64,000 nt of DNA from Tubulanus polymorphus (taxonomy: Eukaryota; Animalia; Nemertea), in assembly GCF_964204645.1 (NCBI RefSeq), contig NC_134025.1, positions 9,238,001 through 9,302,000 of the forward strand, given 5' to 3'. The position numbers and the translations under genes were made by a program. The notes beneath the pieces were generated by a model. The model saw only the letters and a program-made list of their open reading frames with translations. It searched no databases and had not been told where the DNA came from. Below, piece after piece: positions 33,367-45,191 of the stretch. Position 1 is the stretch's first letter. Each line of letters starts with the position of its first letter.

Positions 33367-36300
33367 TCATGCACGACTGATCTTTTTCTTCGGAGTTTGA
33401 AACTGTTGCGACTTTTGTCGATGAAACGATGTCCGCCTTGTTAATGACGGCCTCCTGCCGCTTGCCACTCCTCCCCCAGCATCCGAATTCACTGACGTTT
33501 TCCGCGTCCTGCTATTTGTTCGAGTGAGTACTCCCGTTGACGATGCTTTAGATGGATTCAAATTCGCTGAAAAATATTAGATTTCGATCATGCGCCGCAT
33601 AGTAGTGAAACGACTGTGCAACACTAGCGTGCAAAAATAGATCGATTTGATAGATCAAATTGACCAAAACCTTGCGACACAATTTTTTTTCTCGTTTTAA
33701 TGGTTCCGGGTGATAGTTTTGCGGCGAGAGAATACTAAAGAATACTAAAGAAGTAATTGACAGTAACGTACGTACGTGCCTTGGAATATATATTATATAT
33801 TTACCAGTTAGGCACACGATCTGACACAATAGTAGCGTGTCTTTGGTCTTAAACATATGATTACCAATTATAACTCTTTCTAGAAATTAACTAAACCGTA
33901 TAATTAGGTCTGCTTCAATTGATCATATTATTATCATAGGCAAAGGTCTCAACGTGGACTTAATCAAAATAATCCACTATCTACTCCTCTCAAGAATTAA
34001 TCCTTTATCAAACATGTTATGTTTGGGGTTCGTATACGTACATATGAAATCCAAATTCTCCTGGAAACCGCTCAATAAGGGTACAAAAGTTGGTTTTCCG
34101 CCAGGATCAGCTTCATCTGATTATGGAAAATACGAATGAATTTTTAGAAATATTTTGAAATAGAAACGAATTACTAATAACTTAATCATCGTGATAGTCA
34201 AAAATGCGGAATGTATGCCAAGCCCGTAGCCAGGAAGGGCCATTCTTAAATTATGAAAGGGCACTTTTTACATGTTCTGTATCCCCAGCAAGCGAGCACC
34301 GCAGATGCGATGCTGAGACTGCGGGTCCTTCCCCAGAATATTTTGATAAAATTATCCTCAAAAATGCATTCTCCGAGCATCTGGTGAAAATTTTGGCTCA
34401 AACTTGGGTCACCGTAGCCTAGATTGACAGCAACATTTAACATATGTAGGTCCTATCAAAAAATATTTTTACTACAATTATGAAGAGCACTGTCTAAAAA
34501 AGGAGCGTTCGTTCGAACACACCCTATAGCCGGCTTTGATGTGTCGCACGAATTTTCTCTTTACCGTTGCACCCGCTCTCAATTAGGCGTATATATCAAT
34601 AACCAGGCAGTGTTGATATTACATTGATTTGGTCGTTATTAAATATTAAATGAATCATATAATGCAGGACGTAACAGGAAGATATATTTAATCTATTCCT
34701 GCATCGTTATTATACGTTGCGCGCAGCAACAAACGGCCGAACAAAAACTGCAATAGTTCCCGTGTTATGATGGGGAGATAAAACACAACGGGGGTGCATT
34801 TGAATTAACCGATTAATTTTTAACGCTATCGCCCGTGGTAACGTGGCTCTCCGAGGATTATGAGAGAAGCGCATAAATCACAAATACGTATAGTTTGATA
34901 ACGATTCGATGTCGTTATAACGATGGTACGGCACATCTTCCATCCGCGCGCGCGATCAAATTCGTGCCGGCGATGATTTCAAGTCTCTTAATGTTTCCAT
35001 ACGATCGTCACGTCGACACGATCCAGACCGGAGTACGGAAAATAGCTTTCACGTGTTCATTACCCTCGACAACCGTCCGGCCCATAATTCGATCTTGATT
35101 AATTTATATATCTTGACAGGTGATGCAAAGATCTAAATAGGCCTTTCATATAAATCGCCGTTCTCGCTATGTTTGTAAATGAAGTCATTCGGGTTGGATT
35201 TTCAAGCATAATAGGCTGAGGTTGGGAATGGTTTCGTAACGTAAAATAAAAAATAAAACGTGAAATAATGTCTATTCAAGAAATTTTAGTTCAACAAGCC
35301 TAAAAGCAGTTATTCTCTCCTTTCCACCACAGGGGCTCGTACTTGAATTTTGGGGGTGAACTGTAGCTTAGATCATCCAGTATCCCAGGTTCCTTGTGGG
35401 GGGGGGGGCTGCTCCCCTACCCCCGCTAGATACGGCCCTGCATTCGAAAGAATAAGAACGTTTAAAATGTAGAATTTCTATCTTACTTTCGACTCTGACT
35501 AGAACTAAAGTTTCTCTGTTGTTGAAATATGTAGTTCCGTAAGCTTTTGGATTCCAGCGGATATTTTTCAACGTTCCCGTTTCGTCTGATAGTTCAACTA
35601 CATCTGAAACAAAAAATCTTAAAACATGCTTTACCCGCATTCACCAATCATTTATGATCGAGTGAAATGATCGAGTGTCTAAATTTGTTGCGATTTTAAT
35701 CTGATTGAAAATGAACTGATTTCAATAACAAATCTAACTCATTAAATCGGGTGCAAAAACGCACTTCGTCAGATTTGGTTAAAGAACGAACAGTTTTAGA
35801 AATCGAATGAGAATGTATAAATGGGGGGAATATTCGTGGCGTCGGTAGCGTTTACCTTCATTCTGACATTCACATCTTGTTTTGATATTTTCCAACAGAA
35901 TATGGTTCCTACAGTTCGGGTTGAAAATCTCTCTTTTGTCGTCTGTAGGAAGAAAAGCGAAGAAAGATTTCCTAAACGATCGACTTATCGTGAAAGCAGA
36001 CGATCTTATTCATACATCAATAATGAATTGAATTCGTCTCGGTTTAAGCGCGTGTTATCTCGAATAAGGAAATTGAGTGGTCGATTTTTTAATACGATCC
36101 AATTTACTCGGGCTTGTATTCGTAAATTGAAACGCTATACAGTATTGAATTCGCGGTTCTGCGTGCAAATAAAACGGCACACCACTTATATTGAAACTGT
36201 AAAAAAAAAGAAACCATCGCTGACACAGGATAGCTATGTAGAACTAAAACGATTTGACTTGCAAATAACTGTTCTCCGAATAGAACGGAATGCGTGAGAC

Positions 36301-37099
36301 ACACGAATGTTGAATCCGATTCTTTATTAACCATTGATATATCGAAAAATACAAGAAAATCTATCTTTCGAGTTCATTTACTATTCATATATAATGATAA
36401 ATTAAGTATGGCTGTTGGATTGTTTGGTAGGATAACAGATTAACGCTTTATAATTAGTTTAATGCTGTACAGTACATATAAAACCATATATGTCTTTATG
36501 TGACCGGCCTGTGACGAATCGGTGTGCATAGGTAAACCATAAAACTATCATTAATCTTGTACAACAAGCAAGACGACCGATGTTTTATTTCAATCCAACC
36601 TAATCTTATTTCTATAGCATGCCATGTTAAAATGCTCAATTGTTGTTTCCAGGCGATCGGAGCGAAAAAAGATATTTCATTTATGTATTCTTTTGTATTT
36701 CTATATTCATATGAAAATGACCAGTATATTTCTTATTTCAGTACAATTTAGAACAGCCAAAAAAATCCACAAAGTCTTTGAAAATGAATGTTCACTAGTT
36801 TGAAGAATATTTCAGTCAAATTGAATTTTTCCACGAAAAGGGAAGAAAATTCTACAGTGGGTGTCCTTTAATTAAATCCTGTAGGAATTCCAATTCCACA
36901 TAAAGAATGATTGATTAGCGGAACAAATCGAAAAGCTCTCGCAATTAGATCTATCGATTTCGATTAGAAATAATATGAAAACAAACGATTTTCTATGATG
37001 TAGGTTTTTTAGAAGGGTTTTTCATGTATAAAAACACAACATATACAACTAGATAGATGAATAATGAAGCTTACCTCCGTATCTAACAACGATGAACAT
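33367..37099 (-). CDS. CXorf65/C22orf15-like uncharacterized protein
   Basis: Exons 37099-37075, 35942-35856, 35603-35487, 34116-34042, 33566-33367 give MFIVVRYGDDKREIFNPNCRNHILLENIKTRCEC...DVVELSDETGTLK...RETLVLVRVE...FVPLL plus a basic tail, the pattern of this family. Confidence 0.8.
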
Positions 37100-38437
37100 T
37101 TTGTATCACTGAAGTTTTTTCTTAATGTTCTAACTGTTGGGGATGTGAGTATTACAAAAATATATTCACGTTTCAGCACAAATTACTACTTTTTTCATCG
37201 TAAGCTGATGCTCGTACTTGTTTCATAAGACTTATTTGCCCGAATTTCCGTTTTAGAATAACGTATACTCTCATTGGATGAGAACATATCCCATTTAGAA
37301 AAAAATCACTATATCTAACTATGCTATGGTATTATAAATCCCGCTCATTACTGGCGCGTTATGGTATGTTTTTGTAATAGAATCTAGAAAATCGCACTGA
37401 AAATGCTCTCTGTGCATTGCTGTCATTGGACACGATACAGTTCCTCTGGAACAAACTACCGTCTGGAATCGCGCCGCGATAAATATCTGCTGGCCAATCA
37501 AACAACTCCTGGCCGTGACATCGCAAACACGCGAACCTTGTAATAAACTTCGACTGTTTAAATCAGCGATATCGAATAGTCATTTTATACCTATTACTAT
37601 TAGTAGTACGATCATTAAACGAATCCGTCACGAATTTAATGAAAGTCTACATTAATCAACAAACTATGAAAACTATAACCAAGTGGAATCAATTATTCTA
37701 AATTTTGAAAACATAATCAAGCGATTTATGAATTAATATAATAGTTATTTCAATTATATATATGTATATCTGTTTGAATATGAATGCAATATTTATATAT
37801 AATCCATATCTATTTGTAAAAATCAAATGAAGTAAAAATGATTTACTTCCATTTCAACTTTGGTTAATCATAAGTTTACATAGTGGTGATAATAGCAAAT
37901 TGTGTAAAGTGGCTATTGGTAAAACGTAACATATTTTATCTGATTGTCGTTGAAGCGAATTTATTCTTTGACCTAAATATCTGGAAACCAGTAGGCTATG
38001 TCATTTGTCTGTGACACTGTACTAGCAGTACTGAAATACCGGACAATTGGTTCGAGTGAGCTAAAAAAGGATCGAAGTAGATTTAACGCCAGAAAGTTCT
38101 AATTTTTCTTTGTTATGGATAATTCAGTGTGATGGTAACATATTGGCCTGGTTGCCTATCGATCGTGGTGTTACGAAGGTGCTGTCAGTAGAGCAGCACT
38201 GGAAATAGCCAACGATATAGCACTGAAACAGGAAAACAGATCGAGCTTTGTTTTTCGAATGTACTAAAATACCCGAGATAGGTTTTAGAGTCGAGGTATA
38301 GTTCAACGTTGACACATTTCAAGTATATATCTCAGGGATCATTGCCGCTATCATAAATATAGCTTCGACGTCATGGGGAAATCGTGAGTCAGACCATCGA
38401 AATAAATTACGAGAGGGTATCCAACAGAAAGGAAAAA

Positions 38438-41400
38438 ATGACTGGTTTAACTAAAGTGTCGTCCATAGATATAGTGAATGATGAGGGACACCATGAAATC
38501 CAGCTTCTATTGGGTGACATTTCATCATTACCCAGTACGGATAAAGTGGACTTCATTGTTGTTTCGGCTTATCAAGGTAAGCATAACGTATATCCATCTT
38601 CTATCTTATCTCACTTGTTACTTATTATTTTATGTTGCTACTATGTGTTTATATTGATAGAAATTCTTTCTGGCATTCATTATATTTGTTTAAACCTGTT
38701 TTAATGGATTTACGGATAGTAATGTACTTTTTGTTCCATAAACGTTGTATATGATCATATCGTATAGATTTAGAAGATGCAAATGTTGTTTGTTAGATGT
38801 CTAATCCAATAGGCCTATGTCTTTTGGCAATTTTCATATGAAAATGAACTGTCGGATTTAATGGATATTTTTGTCTGTATTTTGTAAGAAATCTATACAC
38901 GTAGCCCGAAAAGTGTCACCGGTGCACTGTACCACAACCTCGGTATCAACGTCCTGGAATTGTCCCGTGATAAAGCTGAAGATCTAAGAAAAAATTTCAG
39001 CTGTTGGTTTTCTAAACCGCTCGACGCAAAACAACCTTACGGGTTAGTATTTTTGGAAATAGAAAAATTAGAAATCTTTCAGGTGTCCTCAGCTTATACT
39101 GCAGGGGCGAATTTATTGGGTGATCTCGAGGGTCTGAACCCCTGTCTTCTCATCGAGGTTGCCCTTTTCGTAAAAACAGAGATCGTGAAAACCACCCTAA
39201 AAGATGCAATTTCCGAGAGGATGAGTATTAAATTTATAGGTTTTAACGATCACCTCAATGGACAGGCAGGGTCACTCCCGAGTCCACCCCCTAAATCCGC
39301 CCCTGATCCAAGTTCCAACCAAACCTAACCTCTCTTAACACAATAACTGCTTCGATGGTATTACTAATTTTCAGACCCGACCCTTTATACAACGCTACGC
39401 CTTTAAACGGTTATTAAAACCAAGTCTTAATATTCCAGTCGATTGGTGTGTTTTGAACCGGCAGATAAAGATCTCGGTGACATCGGTCAAATCGTCGGCG
39501 ATGTATTTCGCTGTATGATACCCGCTTTCAAAAACAAGCCAAGCTCAGCTATAACACCGATATTATCCACTAATATTCTAGTAAGTTCTCGTAAGGAATC
39601 TCGAAATTCGTTGTCAACGTAGTTATCCATTGAAGAAAGAACCCACGACAGTTTTGAAAGTGACTCATAGAATTATCTAGTCTAAACGACACTCGGCAAT
39701 AATGTTAGTTTTCTCTTCAATCGAATTATAGACGGTCCACTTGTCTATATGGAAGCCAACCATGATCATACCCAGTCCTGGGTGCAGGGGATGCGCATCC
39801 CCCTGAAATATCAAGTTGCCCGGAAATCTTACGGCAAAATGAAATATACTAAACTGATACCTAAACAAGTTTAAATTCATATCAGCCTCTCTCTGTATTT
39901 CCAAAAATGAGTTTAGATTTGCCCTTTTAACAATAATCTTGTCAGGGAGGGGTGCACTCCTTATTTTTCGGAGTGCACCCCTCCCTGAATCAGACCCTTG
40001 ATCCACCCCTAAATACATGACAGAATGATAATGTTCTATTTTTTTACACAGCCAGATATGATCGCAGATATGCTCGATTCGATTGTGAATGCAGCTGCTA
40101 ATTGGATATTGGCGGGACTACCTTTGGTTTGTTTAAAGATTGTCGCTTATACAGATGAGAAAATTGAAAAAGCTGTTAAAAATCCGCAGATGAAGATTTT
40201 AATCGACCTTTTCAACAAAGAAAAGCAAAAATGGGAAAACCGAAAAATTCAATGGAAGGTTAGAATAGAATGATCATGCATTTAATATCAGGACAATGTT
40301 TGTGAAATATTCTTTAAATCATCCAAAATCTTCTTGACAGGAACCAAATATTCTGTACGACATATTCGTATCGTATTCGGAGAAGGACGAGCATTATGTT
40401 AGACAAATAAAAGAGCAATTAGTAAAGGATAACGAAGGAATTAGAATTTACTCTGAAAAACACAAATTAGACCTGAATGAAGTTTGGCAAAAAGAGATCT
40501 ACGACACGATGACCACTTGTCTTAGGTATATATTTTCAATTCTTTGTGAGTGGAATTCCAATCATTTCTGTTTTATCCGTGATATGGATATCTCTAACGA
40601 CTATGTAAAACTGATTACGGACGGTTCATTTTAATTGAAGGGTGATGCCAGTTTTAACGCCGAACTATTTATCGTCTGCTGAATGCGTAGAGGAATACAA
40701 TATAGCGATGTGTTGCAGTCGTGCTATGCATCGGGATCTTTTGGCTCCGCTTTATGTTCAACAGATCGACCATATTCCTGTTTATATGCAACAGATTCAA
40801 TACCTGGATTGTACGTAAGTTCAACAACCGTCGGGATTTTGAAGTTGATTGAAGAGAAAGGAATCGTGATCCCAGAATTATTGGGGTTACTGGTTGAATC
40901 ACGAAAAGTACTTGTTCATTTCTGACACTCCACTTTATAGAATATGTTTCTTTTTCTTCCAGTAAGTTGGCCGATGTGACAGAAGGTTGCGAAGTTTTCA
41001 CCAAGTCCGTACTCAATCGAAGATTTTCGCAGATGGTCGGACGTAAAAAACGCGCCGAATATGACGTATTCGTCTCGTATTGTCACGCTAACACGAAGGA
41101 AGCGGAAATTTTCGTTGACAAATTAAAAACGTTAAAACCAGATTTAAAGATCTTCTTCGATAGACACGAATTACAAATCGGTACGTATCTAAATAGAATT
41201 CAGAATTCTAAATTTAAAAATCGCATAATTTAGCTCAGAACTCCAAAAAAGGGTTTTCAGTTTACAAATACATACGCATCCAGACGGAATTCCGCCACTT
41301 AAATTCGAGGACTTCAAAATGATCTATTATTTTCTAAGGTTATTCAGTTGGTTTAGATAACTATTTAGCTTTCGGACTCATTGATAATAGGTTTTTTATC

Positions 41401-43115
41401 ATTTATGTCTTCGAAGGGGTTTCGTGGCAACAGATACTGTACCACGCAATCGACTCATGTAACGTCGTTTTGGCTTTGCTGTCGCCGAGCTATATCGAAT
41501 CTGCAGTTTGTACCGAGGAATACAACTTGGCTTTAGCATCCCATCTGTCTTGGGTAAGTCGATGCATATATAACATTGGCGTCATTTAACGACAACTTTA
41601 ATCTTGTTATCTAACCTTAATGGTCCAATTGTTTATCAGGAAAGTGAATTAGAATTGGTTCCGATCGCTATAGAAGAGATACCGAATATTAAAGAAGGGT
41701 TTCGTTACGTGCCTGCAGTCGACGCTACCGATAGTAATTCGTTTAGTGACGCAGCCAACGCGATATGTCGCGGAGTTATAAATTTTCTGGATGTCGGAGC
41801 CATCAATTTTGAGATGTTTCACGAAACTCGGGTAAAGCGATGCTATACGATTTCAAATGTTAACGGCTCCTGCTGCGATGAATTATGTCCGTTGGAATTC
41901 CGGAAGCTGTGATTGTAAATAGCAATCATATCCTTTCATGATATAAGGCTAAAAATGATACCTTGTTTATCTAATCGGCCGAGTAATTTTGTAAATCGTA
42001 ATTTGTAATCAGTTCATTTCAATAGCTGCCGGGTCTGATGGTTAGCTTGATCATGATTTAAAAAGGTAAATGTGCTGGGTAGATAGGCGGCCGGCTAGGT
42101 CAATTCTTAAGCTCAGCTGAAATGAGAGACGAGGTATCGATTTTTCAGCCGAAAGGTAATCTTCTTTCCATCATAAATTGTATATCATTTTTCCACCAGG
42201 TGAAGCACAATATCGCGATGGCACTGTGTAATTCTCGCAAAGCCTTTTTCAACCGCACATTCCAATTCGACGAAGATAATCAACTGAAACCGAAGAAACC
42301 AACGAACACCGTTCCGAACAAAAACGAAGATAAAAGACATGCAGACAATTTTTCGTGCGACATTTTCATTAGCGTCAGTCGAATCGATAGACATTACGGT
42401 TACGGTTTGAAGCACATACTCAGCAATATGTCCGATGATAAGTTGGTCGTTCATGTCGACTGTGACGCGGAAACGAGCCAGCTGTCAAAACTGAGCAATT
42501 CCAGACTCGTCGTAGCCATTTTGTCGCCCGGCTATTTGGCTTCGACGCGAGAAAACCAAGAACTACACAGCGCGCTGTGTCGTCACCGGGCATCAGTCGG
42601 CAAACCTGTTCTCTACGTCATCCAAGCGTCGAAGTTGAACGCGAATCCGATTTATGCCCACCTTATCCCTTGCAATATTGCCTGTCACGATAATTTCTGG
42701 GCCGATCACTTGGGGATTTTTGGATGCAGAAATAGAAAAGCTCATCTTCCGTCAAAGGCAACCATTGCGATGACCGTGGCCGCCGAAGATATAATTTCAA
42801 TTTTGTCAGAAAAAAGGTATTTTTCCGAATCATATGAAAATAGGAATATATTTCATAGCGTTTTGAAAATAAAATGTAATTTCTGAAATCTGCGTCTATT
42901 TTAGAACGGACGTTGGTAACGATATCCTGATTAATATTGTTTCGAAAGTTTCTGGCAAACAGGCAAATAAGACGATTGACATCCCGAAAAATGTAAGTTG
43001 CCGTACGTACATATGGTCAGGTTCTGAACAAAATTCAGAAAAATATCGTTTAAAATGCTTATATTTGCAGTTTTTGAAAGGTGTCACACTCGTTAAGAAT
43101 GCCAAGAAATCATAG
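38438..43115 (+). CDS. N-terminal macro-like domain plus three tandem TIR (TIR_2-type) domains
   Basis: Exons 38438-38576, 38889-39042, 39439-39580, 40052-40258, 40341-40525, 40641-40814, 40963-41180, 41417-41553, 41640-41831, 42200-42816, 42905-42992, 43071-43115 (TAG) join in frame. N-term IQLLLGDISSL..VDFIVVSA (macro-like GDI motif); TIR1 YDIFVSYSEKD..LTPNYLSSAECVEEY; TIR2 YDVFVSYCH..IFFDRHELQIG..LLSPSYIESAVCTEEY; TIR3 CDIFIS..ILSPGYLASTRENQEL. No TM segment or LRR seen. Confidence 0.85.
39102..39306. mobile_element. MITE-like element with CAGGGGCG..CGCCCCTG ends (related ends near 35330-35440 and 54016-54310)
   Basis: Imperfect TIR CAGGGGCGAATTTA / TAAATCCGCCCCTG; similar termini recur in other introns of the window. 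Confidence 0.55.
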
Positions 43116-45119
43116 TTTGTTGTCGGGCCAGCCTATGATCGAACGAATTGAAGCGGACTGTAATTTAAGGACAATAAACATATTTTGAATTAGAATGGAA
43201 TATTTCCCCACTTATCACGGACGAATCATATCGGTCGAATTTTTTTCACCAACTGAAATGTAAAGAATGTCCGACTTTTTGACGGAAGGTTGTCGTTTTA
43301 AATAAAATTATATTTAAAAGTTTTTCTCTTTATAGTTGTCTTAGTCGGACGGAGCTTGTCGACCTTTTCCATCTCAGTGACCGGGCCACTTTTCCTAGGT
43401 TATCAGAAATCGGGCTAGTGGTGATTGAGAGTAGACCGATATATCGTCAAATGCGACAGAACCTTGTGGTTTTAGGCGACGGCGATGTATTACGGAGTGA
43501 GTCAACAGCATCGCAACAAGGATCTTCCTCTGGCACGTGGGTAGCTGACCGTACGCTGCTGCCATCTATGTAACTTCGCTGTCAGCAGAATGTGGAGGCG
43601 GAAATGAACTGAAAATGGTAAATATTAAAATTTGAGTTTGAAAATTTGGGCCTCAAAGAAATTATCGTCAGCACAATTACCACATGTCATTGGCAATGAT
43701 CGACACTAGCAAATAGAAGAGTAATCTCCAGAAGAATTATTGATCTAAACCGAGTTGAACACTCGGCAAGAGGAGGCGGCCTGCTGTTTTTGCGAAGGAA
43801 GGATGTCGTGGTAAGATTTTTTTTTCTGTACCTTTAGTGACTGTCAATGGCGGTTGAGTGGTTGCGGTAGGTTAGTAGTAAGAAGTTCATTGACGTTAAT
43901 GATGAATAAATTATGAAGGATTCCTCAAGCCCACAGTTAGAATTAGCCCATTAAATTTAATTTCTAAATGCATTCAGGATTAGGCCTAACCACTCATACC
44001 TACTTACCTTTACCCTGATTCAAATACTGAATGTTCTCATCTAACGATATCTTAGGTGTTTCCTCTAACTTTCACGCATGCTGATCAGATTGAAAAACAA
44101 AAAGAGTAACTTGAAAGTTTATTGACGCCTTGAGAAATAACAGGCCTATATTGTTGCTTAACAGTCTCAACAATGAATACATGTAATATGTATAAAGATC
44201 AATGTTAGTTGTTTTGAGTATGGATACATCAACAATTGGTTTAAATTGTCAGTTTAACCAGTCTAGCCCCGATATTGATGGCATAGTGCAAATTCACTCA
44301 TGCAATACCTTAGTCTGTAGATTAATCAGCGAAAAGACAAGAGAAACTTACAAGATGTAAAATTTGATTAACTAAAAAAATAGGTTCCAATATTCATAAC
44401 TGTAATTGATATTTTCAAATGCTATGCTTATGACGTATTCAAATTGACTCACACAGTATCCCTTGAATAATGCTAGCAGTTAGCAATGCATAGAAATTAT
44501 TTGTAACAGGATTTTTAAAAATCACTATTTGAATCACTATTATGACAGTGAGGGTAAAGGCTAGGCAATATTTCACAATATTACTGAATGTGAAATGTAC
44601 TTTGTCAAAAAAGTGTTTGGGAATGTACCACTTTCAAATCCTAAAACAGGAGGATGAGAACACTTCTGTGCAAATTCTAATTGGCTTTGATTCAATTTTC
44701 AAAAGCAGTTGCTGTGATTGTTTTAATCTACGCTTTTCTTGGCCAACAATTGTTGATATACATGTGCTTTGAAATAGATTAATACGGCCAGCAATGTGAA
44801 ATGATCAGCTGCGCTTAATCTTATCAATTAATATGTTTTGATTAACTTCAATATCATTGGGCACGTGCTCAGGCTTATTTTCCCTTAGGTTTACCATGGA
44901 ATAGTCCGTGGGTTTATCTTGGAGTAAAGGTTTACTGAGTACTGCTTACAATTATCCTTATTTTCAAGAGGGCTGTACAGAATTGTGGGGTAGGATAAAT
45001 CACCATTTTAAAAGCTTGATCTCAAAAGTACATGTCAGATCATGCCTATTAATTTCATTTGAATGCTTATTTATATTTTGCCTTTCTGCTAATTGAGCAT
45101 TTGTGTATTTTAAAAGAAT

Positions 45120-45191
45120 AGCTCTATAAAAGATGTCCTTCAAAAGACCTTGGCAAGCTCTATAAAAGATGTCCTTCGAAGGACCTTGTCA
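45120..45191. repeat. 36-bp direct tandem duplication
   Basis: AGCTCTATAAAAGATGTCCTTCAAAAGACCTTGGCA followed by AGCTCTATAAAAGATGTCCTTCGAAGGACCTTGTCA. Confidence 0.8.

Noticed and set aside
35821-36297. 158-aa plus-strand ORF
   Set aside because: Overlaps an exon of the minus-strand CXorf65-like gene; no recognisable motif.
41928-41936. ATATCCTTT U12-donor-like motif in a macro-TIR intron
   Set aside because: Lies downstream of an in-frame stop (41910-41912); the canonical GT donor at 41832 already gives an in-frame join.
43336-43810. GC-richer segment with a donor-like GTAAGA at 43811 as an extra coding exon
   Set aside because: No in-frame continuation from the TIR gene; may be a non-coding first exon of the IP3 kinase but this cannot be supported from sequence alone.
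45120-45191. 36-bp repeat pair as a possible CRISPR array
   Set aside because: Two adjacent copies with no spacer, eukaryotic context, no cas genes.
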